A stretch of DNA of 62,972 nucleotides, filler included, from Reticulomyxa filosa (GCA_000512085.1; 20 parts of 20 records of this genome joined end to end with filler, not necessarily neighbours in it), one strand, 5' to 3'; shown: positions 25,201-40,019, numbered from the whole stretch's first letter. A program made the numbers and translations. The notes: a model not told the origin generated them from the letters alone.

Positions 25201-28000
25201 NNNNNNNNNNNNNNNNNNNNNNNNNNNNNNNNNNNNNNNNNNNNTTAATTAATTAANNNNNNNNNNNNNNNNNNNNNNNNNNNNNNNNNNNNNNNNNNNN
25301 ACCATTTCTTTCTTTCCAGAATTGTATAATCTATATTCTCCCCCTCAATAGTCCAACCCATCCATTCAAATACAAGCAAGAAATTTTTTTAAAAGAAAAG
25401 TTTGAAGGTCCTTCTTTTTTTTTAAAAAAAAATTTGTTTATTTAGAATGAGTAAAGTCAGAACCTCGTTGAAGTTGGACACGTTCTATTTTTTCAATTTG
25501 TTTCAAAACCATTTCGATAACAGATTTTGGAACAACGGAAATCGATTCACAATCACATATATTTAAACATAGACTCCAAACTTTCAAAACCAATTCATTT
25601 GGAGTGACACAGTATTTCAACACATTAATCAAGTTTCATGTGAACAATGCGATGAAAAGGAGGAAGAGTGATGACAAGAGTTTCAATTTCTTTTCAATCT
25701 GTCCTCTCGACAACTGTGTCACTTTATTTTTTATCAAGTGTATCAACACCGTGCAAAGTGCGTGTTTCAGTCATCAACAATTCAATCCATATTTTTCTCT
25801 TGATTTTCCATTGCCGTCCATCTGGATCATTCATTTTTTATGTGTTGGTCTCTTTTTTTAGTTTCCCTCCACAATGGCCATAGACCATGTCAAATGCGAT
25901 CGACGATATGGTAGTATATCACATGGATTGGTATACGTGACTCAGCGTGGTCTGACGCTCGAACTTTGAAATGAAACTCATAAATGTGACGTGTGTTCAA
26001 ATAGCGATATATTTACTTATCCAATTCAACAACGTTTTTCTGTCCAACGCAAATAATACTGAAAATTCTTTGTATTGTACATTGTGCTGGTCTCTTTCAC
26101 ATCTTAGCCATTCCCAAGCAAAACAAAAGATGTTTACATTGTGATGACAAAAAAAAATGAAAATAAAACAATTATATATTTTTGAGAAAGTGTTTAACTC
26201 GTTTTTGTAAATCTCTTCATTAGTATGTTGTGAGAGATATTGCAAATACTTTGCGGTCCATATTCGACCCTGTCCCTTTAGCAAACTCCGTGGTCCCAAC
26301 GAACTGAATCGCCTACTGTCTGTCCGTCGAATATACTTCACACGATCTTTGACAATTGATTTTGTCTTTAAGCAAGACACAGCCGTCCATTTCAAAGAAG
26401 ACTTCTTCATTGTGTGACAAATAAGCAATGGCCCTCTTTTTATTTGATTACAATACATTGGCAAAAAAAACAAACCTAAAAATATGATCTAATAAAAAAA
26501 AGTGCTCACAAAAACCTAATATGTACATTAACATTACGAAACTTCGTTATAACAATCCACTGTTGTAATGATTTTTTGTAATTCCCTGTACTGATTGTTA
26601 TGGGCAATACTTTTCGATCGATGAACAGAAGATAATATTGTAAACTTTATTTTTTGATTGTGAAAATAGCGTATCTGATTTATTTATGAATAATTTCATG
26701 GGATGTATACTGACTCTATTCTTTCTTTTTCGGCAGCTGTTATATTTTTGCAGAGGACTACATTGGCGAAGGAACTCTCCATTTTGTATAGGTTTGGCTT
26801 NNNNNNNNNNNNNNNNNNNNNNNNNNNNNNNNNNNNNNNNNNNNTTAATTAATTAANNNNNNNNNNNNNNNNNNNNNNNNNNNNNNNNNNNNNNNNNNNN
26901 TAGTAGAAAAAAAAGTGTTAATCATAAGCATTGCTACAATAACATTAAAAAGAAGACAGTTTGTATAATGTTTTAAAACTCAAAGCTTATGTGGTCTGTG
27001 ATTGTGTTATATAAGTTTCTAATAAAAATATTTTGGTACAAAGAGACAATATAATGCTACATAGGATTAAATAATGTCTTTCTAATTGTTTACAAAATTG
27101 TCTAATATTAAAACTGGAAAAAAAAAATTGAACATATATAATGTTTCTTTCATTTCTGTTATAATGATGTATGCTAAAAAAAATTATTGTTATTTTAATG
27201 GAAGAGTATTGCGAAAAGGACAAAAATTAATGAACGCCAGATTAGAAAATTAAGTAGTACTGTCAAAAATGTATTCTATGCTTTGAATGTGAGGATTTCA
27301 GCATAATCTCTTCAGCAACATACCGTCAAGAAGCTAGAATGATAGACAATTTGAAAATGGAAAATATTTTTCATAAATTGCAATGCTTATCCCCGGTATA
27401 GTAAAATGGATGGACAATATCACTATGATGAGATATAAAGACATAAGCTCTATTCATGGAAAACTTTAAATGCATCACAAGCAAAAAGTATTGACGTACG
27501 AATACCAAAACTATAATTCTGGAAACAACGAAATTTTGTCAAGCACTCCGACATCAAATAAACTAGCACAAAAAGAAAATCAAAAAAATTAATCAATTGG
27601 AATTTGAGACTGCAATCTACTGAAGCATCTATTGCACAAGAAAATATAAAAACTAACTTTTTTGATTAAGTGATCAACTTTATAATTACTATTTCGTCGC
27701 CATTCAAGAGTGCGAAGTTGTTAGATAATATTAACTTCATATGCAGCCTGATTCATTTTAACCTTCCAATTTTCTTTTATGCTACATCATTCCAAATGTA
27801 GATGCGTACTTGAAGAATGATAATCTTATATGAATAAACATAGTCTAACGTCTTTGTATGAACATAAATATGTCAAATATCCAAATCTCTTCGCTTTACC
27901 NNNNNNNNNNNNNNNNNNNNNNNNNNNNNNNNNNNNNNNNNNNNTTAATTAATTAANNNNNNNNNNNNNNNNNNNNNNNNNNNNNNNNNNNNNNNNNNNN

Positions 28001-28400
28001 ATCATCATCATTATCATCATCATCATTATCATCATCATCATTATTGTAATTGCTATTATTATCGTCGTCATTGTCGTTATTATCATTGCCATTTTCCACG
28101 TAGACATTACCAATATTCTTGTATTCGCTATCATTTACCATGTTCAATGGAATTACGTGTCCTTTTTCAGCGTCGTCGTTATCATTGCCATTGTTGTTGT
28201 TGTTGCTGTTGCTGTTGATGTTGTTGTTACTGCCATTCGTGTTTGCCACCAACCGTAATACCGTCACTTCCGGTTCCGACGAAAAAGTTAGCCGTGACAA
28301 CGGTGATAGCAACATTACTGTCAGCAACATAATTGGAATAATCAACAGCAACCATTTTGTATATCCTCTGTCTTTCTTTGCAAGTTCAAAACAACAAACG
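28001..28400 (-). CDS. N-terminal part of a type II membrane or secreted protein with Asn/Asp-rich stem
   Basis: Hydrophobic KWLLLIIPIMLLTVMLLSPL followed by an open N/D-rich frame running into the contig end. Confidence 0.5.
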
Positions 28401-31365
28401 ACCTACAATTTTTTTTTTTTTTTGCAAACGTTTTTTTTTAGGGGGATGGGTAACCGAGGGCATGCGAAAACATGCTTTTTTTTTTTTGACGTCGTTGGGT
28501 TTTGCAGCCGGTGCTCATTTTTATTTCAGACCTAGCAGTAGCTTAAATTGTTGGAATAATGGCGACTGTTTGACGTTGTTCATCTCTACTTTTATTTTTT
28601 CTGGAGAAAACGAAGATGACGTACGCAAGGGCTATTTTTTTTGCGTGCCCAAAAAACACTGCGTCAACAAGAGTACACCCACTTAAGAGCGGGAATAGGA
28701 TCAAAAAAAACTAACTGAAAAAAGTTATATCACAGTGCTGGAAATGCAATTTTAGTACTGCAATATATTTTGCTTCGTATGCACGCTTTTTAAATGGTGC
28801 TTATTTGTATCCGAATTGAAAACGAAGCAAATTACAGAAAAACGGACAAAACAGTTTACAATTGTGAACAATAGGTACCCTGACTATCACCTTGAAAAAA
28901 GAATGTGTGAAACGCATTCAACTAGATTTGTTGGTCAAAAATGGAAACACTAGCCCCAATTTGTTATTTTTGTCATGCATTCTTTGTGATAGTACAATAT
29001 ATTATTTCTAGCCAAGCCAAAAACGTTTTTTAAAAAGTAATCAGCGTATTTAATAGGAAAATGATATAACCCTAATCAATAACTGTGATAAGTTTTTTCT
29101 CCTTTTCACAAATGTTCAAAATAATAATNNNNNNNNNNNNNNNNNNNNNNNNNNNNNNNNNNNNNNNNNNNNTTAATTAATTAANNNNNNNNNNNNNNNN
29201 NNNNNNNNNNNNNNNNNNNNNNNNNNNNAATTGAAAGACACGAATTATCTGTTCCGATTTTTTCTTCATTGGCTTTTTTAAAAAATTTTGGTGATATTCA
29301 AAGTTTAGAATTACGTGTTTTTTTTTAACTGATTGTATTATTTTAACAAGCAATAGTATTTTACCCTTTCATTTTCATCATTTCTTGCCTTTTTTTGACT
29401 TAAAAAAGTACGATGAAATTGTATTAAATTATCATAAGTGATATTGTGTAAATCATACCAGTTAGTTTTATTTTTGTAAATGAATAACTATTTTCAATAT
29501 GAAAGACTTTGTTTTACTGAATTATATTGATAATTTGTTGTGTTTGCAAAAATTAATTTTGTTGAAGCCTTGAGTCTATAATACAAAATAATATCAAATA
29601 ACGCAACTGCAATAATATAAACAAAAAACAATCTTTTTTATTGGCAAGTCCTTGTCTGAACAATACATTATAATAAAACTACGATCATTATAAACATGTT
29701 ACTCTTGTATGATGGAGTAAATGCAATAGAATGAGTCAAGGCTTGAACAGTTTTGTAAAAAAGATTTGGAAATACTTGAGCAAACACGTGAATGTCAGAT
29801 CTTCCAAGTGAGCGATAGAATTAAAATTTCTTTTAAAAACAAAGGCTGTCGACATTGAATAAGTTTTTGTTTTGTTTGTGAATCATTTGTTTGAATCGTA
29901 AAAAAATTAACAAAAAATTTTTTTTACAGATAAAGCTAATTAGAAAGACGATGTGATCAACGTAATTGGAAAAAATAACACACACAACAATGGTATTTTT
30001 GTAGTTTTTTTTCTGTAAACAGATATTAAGGCCAACATATGAAAAAGAAGAAAGTGACAACAACACCAATGTTAGTTTTTTTTAAAAATAATATTTTGCT
30101 TAAAAAAATTTTTAATATATAATAATTTTTTGATTGAAATGATCTTATCACTAATTCAAGAAATTGTTTTGCATAATTATCATTTGGTGGCAAATAAAAA
30201 GAACAAAGATAATAATAATTTGCAGTCAATATACAATATTACAATACACAAAAAAGAAATTTGTTTAACTTCAATTACACTGCAGATAATAAAGTAAATT
30301 AAATCTTTAAAATATTTGTAATTTTTTTTTATTGTAATTATTTAAAAATTTTTGCAATTTGTAAAATCATCGATTTCGTTTTGTTTTTATTATTCTTAAT
30401 ATAACAGATTTGGAGTTATAGAAAAAATTATAAATGATCAATATAATAATAGCAATTATAAAATTATTTTTACATAAATGTATTTGTAATAATGTTTAAC
30501 TATTATAAATAAATTGAAATTTCCAACATCGAAATATTGCAATCAAATATTCAATAAAATAAAATCAAATTTACTATATATGACTAAACTCTTAATGATT
30601 TGAAGAGCCCCAATTAGTTAAACTTATCCATCAACTTTCTTCAATCTTTGTTTGTTTTCTTTCTTTTATTGTAGTATTGTTCTTTATTTATTTAATTTAC
30701 TTTTGTTTTGTTGAAAACTTATCTATTTTGGAATAAATCTTTTAGTATTACATTTAGTGCAATCTCTTTACAAAAAATGATTATGTTTCAATACAAAATA
30801 TTTTTATTTCTTCTTAAAAACTTGAATATATTTATAAAGTTGATTTTTTTTTTCAAACTATTTCCTTTTTTGTCCAAAAATATAGAATATTCAAATAATT
30901 GATTACTTTTTTTGTATTATGCTAAAAGAATTTGAAGATATCTTTTATATCTTAAATATCTTTTTGACACAAAGAACTTTCTTACTTTTGTATTACATTT
31001 TGTACTAAATAAAAAATACACATATTTGAAATAAATAAAATACTTAAATAATAAAAATCTAATGTCTAAAAAATATATTTTTATTTCAGCAAATAAATTT
31101 CTACTTTGTTTTACTTGAAGAATGAAAGTCTGATCAGCAAAAACAGTATCGACTTTCAAATATTATTTATTAAATACAAAATAGAATATATAAAGTAATA
31201 TTTTATTTGTCAAATTTTTTTTTCGAATATACAAAATCTTATTTTAATAGATTTATTGTAAGAAAATAAAACTCAGGATCCAGGTAAAACTAATTTATTG
31301 AATCCTTAAAATCAATTTTTTATATAATTCGTGAAATAATTATAGAAAAGCAAATTGAAGATACA

Positions 31366-31830
31366 ATTGTATATGATCAAATGAGATGAAAAAGAAGATA
31401 ATGGAATATTATGTCTTAAATTTATTGCACTGAAAAAAAAAAATGAGACAAATATGATTTGAATTTGTGTTATAGTTCATGTAATGGTCCAATTCGTATT
31501 TGGGGATAATTACTTTTTTGTCTAGCAAGAAATGAAGCGTTTTTGTTTGAAAAGTTTGCTTAAAAGAAAAGCAAGATGATATTAAACTTGTTTGATTTGA
31601 TTGAATGCAAGCATTGAAAGATCTGTTTATTTTACTTTGTGTTTAAAAAAATTGAAGGAGTTGTGTTCAATATTTTTTAAAAATTCAAAAGCATAACAAA
31701 GAAAATTGTATCAAATAGCAAATAAATTGCAAGATATTTCAAGTGTTGTGTTTTTTCATTGCAGGATCAATACTATTTTTTTAAATTGTTATTGTTTTTT
31801 TGTAATATCGAACACTTAAAACAGTATGAA
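31366..31830 (+). pseudogene. Orphan WD40-gene 3' fragment plus 3' flank
   Basis: Stop- and frameshift-containing copy of LYMIK...DLNLCY...GPIRIWG* (stop 31507-31509). The downstream non-coding about 300 nt matches 17498-17830. Confidence 0.8.
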
Positions 31831-32006
31831 GTAAAAAAATTTAATTTTTTAAAGATAATAAAAAGCCATAACAACTAACTAAAATACTAGTGTGTTTCAG
31901 TGAATGTTTTGAGTTATTTAAATGGCGAGCAAAGTGATAAATATGAAATATGAATTGCCTATGTCAACAATGATTATGAAGTATGGGCACCTCTATGAAG
32001 AAAGTC

Positions 32007-32125
32007 GATTTTTTCCATGAAAAATAAACATTTCAACATAATTTTTTTCATCTAAAAAAAAAACATATACAAATCTTGTAGTTTTTAAATATGAACTTAG
32101 TTTTATAATAATTTTTTTTTAGGTT
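32007..32125 (+). repeat. Direct repeat, about 115 nt, also at about 36117-36225
   Basis: ccatgaaaaat(a/c)aacattt...aaatctt...ttttaaatatga...aataa.tttttttt..gttg is shared by both sites. Confidence 0.7.
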
Positions 32126-32514
32126 GGTTCAAATCAATGTTTTTCATATGATTTTTGAAAATTTAAGATATCTTTAACTGGAAAGCTTTAAATCATTATT
32201 GGATTTTACGTGGTGATGATTTCTTAGAAGATACGATTGAATTTCTCGAAACGCTTTCGTTATATCTCCATGACGGGGATCTTTGTCACAAAGATCTTTC
32301 AAATATAATACAAGTTTTGCAAATGGTTCAGACATTGAAAAAATAGTGATGACAGTAAATTATGAATTAACAAATTAAATCTTATTAATGATACGTTCAG
32401 CATAAAAAAGGTTTGTGTCACAAAGATTTTTCGTTCTCCCTTATTGATATGTGAAATATTTTTTTTAATAAAAAAATGAATAATATAAGTCAAAACCTTA
32501 GAAATGTTAATAAA

Positions 32515-32925
32515 ATACTAAGTAAAAGACATTCCCAAAAAAAGGTAAATGCTGGTTTGCAAGCTCAAATAATTGCAAAAGGCACACAAATCTGGGAATA
32601 CTGATCACTTGGTACTTAAAAACAAGGAAGAACTAATGACAGCAGTTAGTCCAAATATGAATAAAGAAAAAGAAATGGAATTTTTATCTCACCTTTATAC
32701 AGACAACGATGAAACAATTTGTCACGCTTAAAATCGATAACTACCATTATTTTAACCAGTTTTGTTTCACACGCTACTTCACAGTTTTTTATTTGGACGT
32801 ATGCTTATAAATTTGTTTGATATAATTTTTTTTTGTTTTTACATCTACCAAACATTGCCAAATTGTGGCATTCATTTAACTATCGAAGAAAAAAAAAATG
32901 GGGAATAAATACGTTATAAGAGTTT
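32515..32925 (+). pseudogene. SET-domain methyltransferase pseudogene
   Basis: Allowing frameshifts it reads VKDIPKKGKCWFA/AQIIAKGTQIWEY...EFLSHLYTDNDETIC...IDNYHYFNH|gt, then after a putative intron LPNI...NGE*I..Y. These resemble the SET motifs GxGxFA..I.KGT.I.EY, NHS..PN and GEE...Y. Confidence 0.5.
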
Positions 32926-35900
32926 CGTGCACATGTTTCATTTTTTCGTTTTTACGTATAACATTTTTTTCAAGTTGTTAATAATTTTTTTTAATTTTAT
33001 TTGGAAGGCAATGGCCACTCTGATGTGAATGTATAATTTATAATATATATTACTGTTATTGGAATAAGTCCATATGGTTTAAAGAAGGCAATAACAAAAT
33101 AGTTTATTATATTGGGCTGTCAGTCAATTTAAAAAAATTTGACAAAAATAAATCAGGAATGGGTTCGATTTATTTTAATACCTATGTGTTTACTATCAAA
33201 TGATTCCTTTATTATATCCTGTTCCTTGAAAATCTTTTTTTATGGTGTTAATTTATTCAAGTTATTGTATAGTTGGAAGTTTTAATTAAGTATCTTATTG
33301 ATGGATGAAATATTTAATTCGCATTTGAATTTGATGAAAATCTTTGCTAGTAATAGCATTATTTGCTCAATTTGCATGCATCAATGTCATACATTGTTGT
33401 TATGCCATTAAATTTTGTAGAAGTAATCTTCTATAATTCCATTATTTTTTAGATGAAGCAACACTACAACATACCTTTGTATTTTAGCATTTACACTGTT
33501 ATAAAATAAAAACAAACATGTGTACATCCAACTCCATAATTATGGTTGCTAGAAATGGTGTTATCAGTTGTAATGCAATATTTTTTGTAATGACTAATGT
33601 AAAGGTAATAATTATTTGTTTTCTGTTTTTACATAGCTTAATGGACTTTAATTTTATTTTACGTTAAGTAATTATGAACAATTACAACCTTAGCTTGAAG
33701 CGATGATCAAATATATTATAATTTTAGCATACAAAAAAAAATTTTCTCTAATGAAAAATTAATATCAAACAAACGTATCTATCAAAATAACAAAGTAAAA
33801 AAACTAATATTAAAAAAAATTCTCACTAGTGCAGCAAAAGAAATTAAAAAATAAAAACAGTCAGTATGTCTTTTAGTTTTTTAATAACAAAAAATCACTT
33901 AATCAAAAAAGTTAGTTTTCATCATTTTCTTCAAAATTTTTTTTGTTTTCAGAATCAGTCAAATTAGTTTCATACTATTTGTTGTTCAATATATTAGTTT
34001 TTATTGGTAATTATACGTCAATACTTTTTGTGATAAGTTTCTTTTTACACACATATTGATTTTTCCAATAATAGGTCTTACGTCTTTGTATTTCATAGTG
34101 ATAGCATCCAATGATTACAACTTGTTTTTTTGTTTGGATTCAATTCCCATATATTCATGTCTTTTAACATTTTCAAGACCATTTTCCAAATAGTAATTTA
34201 ACATAATTATTTCATTGCCAAATTTAGCTTGTTCTTAAATTTTTCATTTTTGATTTCTTCTTTATCCAAATTACTTTTTTTATGTTCAATACTGATTTTT
34301 TTTTCATACTTATACTCATTTATTTTACTTTGAATTTGCTTCATTTTCTACAGTATTATTTTTCATATTCCAGTACAAACAAATTGCAAAAGTATTCGTC
34401 CAGTTGCATGTACATTTGGTCCAATTCTGAGGCTAAGCATTGCAATATATTGAGAATATTCTCCATTTTCAAATTATCTAAAAATGGGTTGATGTTTTTG
34501 ATCGACGATTTAAAGTATATATTATATAAAAAGATTGTTTTCTGTTCAATCTCACTTTCAATATAATAGTTTCTGCACATTGTCCTTTTTTCTGAGACTA
34601 AATTGTCTGTTGAATTGAGCCAATTCTTAAATCCAGCAAATTTGTATTAGCTTCTTTTGCAACCACTTGTTCAGTAATTTGATTTTATCTATTTATTGCC
34701 TCTTACTATCGTTTATTACTAGAAGCTACCACTCTAGCTTCTTCTTGAACAGTGGCTTGACTGTTTGATTGTATCACCATTTGGTGGCCATTGACTAATT
34801 CAAAGCCAATTATTTTAGATTGAAACTCCAAAGATAAAGTTGATTTGACAATTTGTTGCGAAATCTTTTTGATGTTCATTGTCAATGCATTTGTTATGTA
34901 TTTTGGACAACGATTATAGTCACACCAACTCAATAATTTAGTTGGGATTTGACACAAATATAGTTTTTACTAACACTTGCACCAGTTTTATTAAATTTAT
35001 GACCATAACAGATGAAAGTATTTGGTAAATTATCTTTAGTGATTCTGACTGTTTTTAGTTTCTAAGAATTATTAATGTTTTCATTAATGATTTCTAAACT
35101 CATAAAACTTTTATCTAGGTGAACACAAAATTTTTCCTAATTATTTTGAAAAAAATATTTTTTAAAAAGACCATAAATTAAAATGCTTTCAAAGTCATTT
35201 TTAAAAATGAAAACGCAAACAATATGAAAATATCTGGAATACAAACAGATAAAAATATTATTTACATATTGTAATTTTGAAGGAAAAATAAAGACTTAAA
35301 ACAACATTTAATTGATAATATGGCAGTATATTTTAACTTATTAATTAATAAATTCAAATTAATGTAAAATTAAATCAAAAAGCTTGAATTACAAAATTAA
35401 ATGAAGAACAAATAAATATATTTATTTCAAAAATAAACAAACAAATAGAAAAAGCAAAGTATTGAATTTGAAAAATTTAAAAAGAAATATAATTAAAAAA
35501 TGAATACAGAACAGTTCAATTTTAATTTATTTAATTCAAAGAATTTAATGGATATCAATGTATGTTATATTGATAGCACAAATAAATTCAATATTAAATA
35601 TAAAGAAGTTTCAGAAAATGTTGACAATTGTTCATTCACTATCCCAGTGTTTTCCAATAACAAATGTAAATTTATAAACAATTTGATGAAATGCATAAAA
35701 GAAGAATTAAAGGCTTGTAACTTTTTTTTTACTTCTTTTGGCCTGCCAAAAGATTTGTTTAAGCTTATTTTGCAATATTAACAAGAATTTACTTAAATTT
35801 GCATTAAAAAATACAGTGAAAATCATGATAACATAAAACATATCACAATTTCAAAAAGAAAAATAAAAAATTCCGCACATCTATATCTTTTTTTTAAAAT

Positions 35901-38900
35901 TCTTCTTCTTAGTCTACGATGCGGATTTTCGGTGTTAGCGCCACTTGACTCAAAGAACGTATCACAGTGTTAGTATCAATTCTTGCTGGAGATACTAATA
36001 AATGGTTTCTCCTAGCTCTTCATATAAAAAAATATAATGCAAATATAATTACAATTTTTTAAAATGAAGAAAACTGAATGCATAAAACGATATCTTATGA
36101 TTATAATTGATTTTCTCCATGAAAAATCAACATTTAGACCTAATTTTTTTTTTATTTTAAAAAAAATATCTAAAAATCTTATTTTAAATATGATATTGGT
36201 TTTTTAATAACTTTTTTTTTTGTTGNNNNNNNNNNNNNNNNNNNNNNNNNNNNNNNNNNNNNNNNNNNNTTAATTAATTAANNNNNNNNNNNNNNNNNNN
36301 NNNNNNNNNNNNNNNNNNNNNNNNNGAAGAAGCATTTTCCAAAAGCTTATTGGAAGAGTGTATCTCCTCAATGATCCTTTTTCTAAAAGTAAAGATGACG
36401 ACACAGAGAACTTTGGTGAGAATGAGCCAGAGCAAACACATCCTGAAAAATGTCCAAGAATACTTGCGAATGGTCGGTGAGGTAACAATAGATAAGGAGA
36501 ATTTGGATTACTTGAATCACCATGAGACGTTTTACATGTGTGAAATGACAGACAATCTCCAGTATTGGATGATTGTTGTTGAAAAGGAATCATTTGTTGT
36601 ATGTTGCGAAAACGGTGGATTGCCGTCACATAACACTTTGTCGTCACTTCAGTTTTTCAAAATTACACATCACAACATCGCATCAATTTGTTTGAGCACT
36701 GCTACGTTAATGATGGTTCATACAACAGAGCCAATATCGTGAGTTCTGATGGATCGTCGAACAAGGGTCCACAAATTTTGAAACCTCAAAAAAAAAACCA
36801 TACCCTTTTTTTTGAACTAAAAAAAAAGAAGCTCAACAGTATGAAAGGCACATTTGTGAGGTCCCTTCATGGACGTAACTTTTTAATGGAGATGTACTAA
36901 TGTACAGTGGTAAGTTATTGACGATGAGAAGCTGTCCCAAAAACAAATTGTGAAAATATTCAGGTGATTGAAAATGCATGGGAAAAGGATATCAACAAAA
37001 GGCACAGTAAATTTTCATTTGATTTTCGATAGAAGCATTACGGCAAAAGCGTTGGCACCGTGGATGAAAGTGATGACAGATATTTAGAAAAATTTTGTGA
37101 TAGTATCATTTTTTCCAAAGAAAAAGGGAATATTGTTTTAGAGAAGGTTCGACTATAAATTTTTTTTTAAAAAAAAAAAAATTAAAAATAATGAACACTA
37201 TTGTTGTGGTGCCATGATTCGCATCTAATTGCAAAAATTTTTTTGCTGAATTGGAACTTTCCAGAAACCTTTTTCGTGCAAGTGAAGACCCAAGTGCATT
37301 CACATTCCACACGTACAATCGACTTCGGCGCTGTGCTTGTGTTGCCAATGGGATTTTTAAGGCATATCTCACACCGAAGTCATAGAATGAGTTGCAGAAA
37401 AATAATAACAGTCGGTGCGGAACAGCGGACAAGCCACTTTCTCGAGGGAATACTATGCGCAGTAAGGTAAACCATTTCAAGCTTGGAGCAATGCTAGAAA
37501 GTTGAAACTAATGTGTACATCCACCATTGTTGATGTTGTTCGGGTTGTGGCAACGTCTTAAAAGTGTTGGTGTTCTTTTACATTAATTGTGAAACAAAAA
37601 CACTTGCAATCCAAGTTCTTTTCTTTTTCTTACTCGATATTGTCTTTATTATCTTATTGCCCCTTTCTGTTATACGTATTCTTCTTTTCATCTGACTCAT
37701 ACTGGAAGTCTTTTTTTTGCCAGAAACAGTAACTAAAGCTCAGAAATTTTTTACTATGATTATAATTTGAAGATATCAAGTTAGCATGAGGATGAATTGA
37801 AATTATTATTATAAAAAAAAATTACAATTCACACAACAAACAATTTTTCAATCAAAAAATTTGAGACAAGTATCAAATACTTGCAATCGAATGTGTCACA
37901 AATTTTGCATTGTTTCGACCGCTTTACTTTGCTTGATGGCCCGCAACCCTCTTTTCAATTGCATGATAGACAAGATTGTGTTCTTTGAAGACCTATGTTA
38001 CGTATGTATGTTGATTAAATATGTTTCAACTATTTTCCAATCACATTATAAGAAAACATTATGACTTGGAATATAGGTTGCTCATACAATCACCATATCA
38101 TCAGCACACCACTTTCAATCTATTATGGGCCACATTACACATATGGATCTTCAATTTCTTTTTCCAACTGTACTAACTCAAAACGCAATACCATGATTCA
38201 TATTTGATGAACGCCGCCATTGAAAATGATAGACGTTTGCATTGTAGTGCGGCATTCCATGATTTGACGATATATTGGATTTCACTCACAACAATTCTGC
38301 AATGAGGTTTCCACTTGTATTTTCATTACCGTTGCTGTCACTGTTGCCATTATGCTGGGGACTCGCTGCAGCACAAACGGCAATTTAAACAGCAAAAACT
38401 TGTCCATCCGCAATCCAAAATTTCATTGTTATACTTTGAAATACATATAAAAAATTTCAAGCAACACATACCACATACACACAAATAAATAATNNNNNNN
38501 NNNNNNNNNNNNNNNNNNNNNNNNNNNNNNNNNNNNNTTAATTAATTAANNNNNNNNNNNNNNNNNNNNNNNNNNNNNNNNNNNNNNNNNNNNTTTCAAA
38601 AGAATTGCAACAAAACTGTCACAATCTCAGTCTTGGTTGATCGATTACAATTCTCGGTAGAATAATTCAACCTTTCATGCAATATTTTATCGTTATGTTG
38701 CAAAGAGATATGGTCGATTAATTTATTCAATTTTGTGTACTTTTTTTGTTTCATTAACCAAACAAAAAATGTCGAAGTAAAATATTTTTTTATTGTCTTT
38801 TTTTTTTTGAAAGGATCCTTTTAAAAAAAATGAAAAACTCTTCAAAAACTTCAGTAACAGGCCTTGCATTTTTGCGAGGCTACGAAAAAAGTCTTCAGAT

Positions 38901-39469
38901 AAAAATTTTGGGGGTGGTAACACACTAGTGTTTCATTTTAAAATGGCGTCCTTTCATGTTGTGCACACAAAGAGTTTTTAAGAAAGAAAAAGATTTTTTT
39001 GAAACGAACAACAGTATTTAATCAATGTTTGTTTTATTTTGTATTAACAGATTTAACAAAATAGATAATTCGCATCGTACATTAGATATACTTTGTGCCA
39101 TATTCAAACAAGGCACTTTAAGTAAAAAAAGTTAACAAACAATTATTCCTTTAATATGAAATTGATAATTTGAAATTTTAAACATTATGTTAAAAAATAT
39201 TTGAAGGTTCAAAAAAAAAACTTGATTTTTGATTTTCATCATCTCAAAAAAAAAACTTGAAAAAACTTTTGGGTCGACAAGAGTTTTTTGTGAGCTATTT
39301 ATTGTTTATGGGAAAATTCTCATTAAATTCCTGTTTGCATGAAAACTCTAGCAAGTGGAGAACAGAATATTTTACTTAAATGTCAAACTTTACTTAAGTA
39401 ATCCCTTTGAAATATTTGCATTTTACGTTTTTTTTTTTGCGTTTAGCGATCGAAATTTCTTATTATCAA

Positions 39470-39590
39470 GCAAAACACACAATGTGATTTACATTTGTGC
39501 TCAGTTTTCATAAGATGGTAAAATGATAATTCCATACTCTGAGGATGAAACAATACGATTATGTGATGTAATATCGGGAAAAATTAAGGG
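39470..39590 (+). pseudogene. WD40 pseudogene fragment
   Basis: CAQFS*DGKMIIPYSEDETIRLCDVISGK with an in-frame stop. Confidence 0.7.
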
Positions 39591-40019
39591 GATTTCAAGA
39601 AAATTCAAGCAGACGGAAATAAGCTGTTTTCGNNNNNNNNNNNNNNNNNNNNNNNNNNNNNNNNNNNNNNNNNNNNTTAATTAATTAANNNNNNNNNNNN
39701 NNNNNNNNNNNNNNNNNNNNNNNNNNNNNNNNGCATTTTTGCTTCTTTTTCTTTCTCTTTCTTTCATTCCAAATCTAAAATAAATCATTCTACAATGAAA
39801 AGTTTCATGTCACATTGTTTTGATTAAGACATATTACAACTGAAATATGATACAAATGATATATACCTTCAAATCGAACTCCTTGCCATTTTATACCCTT
39901 TGAACTTGAATAATAACAGGATTGCATGTCACAAGGGAAGTTATCCATGAAATATGCATTTGCTCGAACATTTACTTTATTCTTTACCACTTCGCATTCA
40001 TATTCACCATAACACTGGC

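Noticed and set aside
25301-27900. Short ORFs in two small contigs (similar case at 54260-55297)
   Set aside because: Stop-riddled frames with no recognisable motifs; probably decayed genes, not callable.
32278-32296. Palindrome gatctttg-tca-caaagatc
   Set aside because: Isolated short inverted repeat with no supporting context.
37106-37480. YVWNVNAL as an exonuclease III / APE motif
   Set aside because: No further EEP motifs (QE, GDFN, SDH); the contig looks like decayed sequence.
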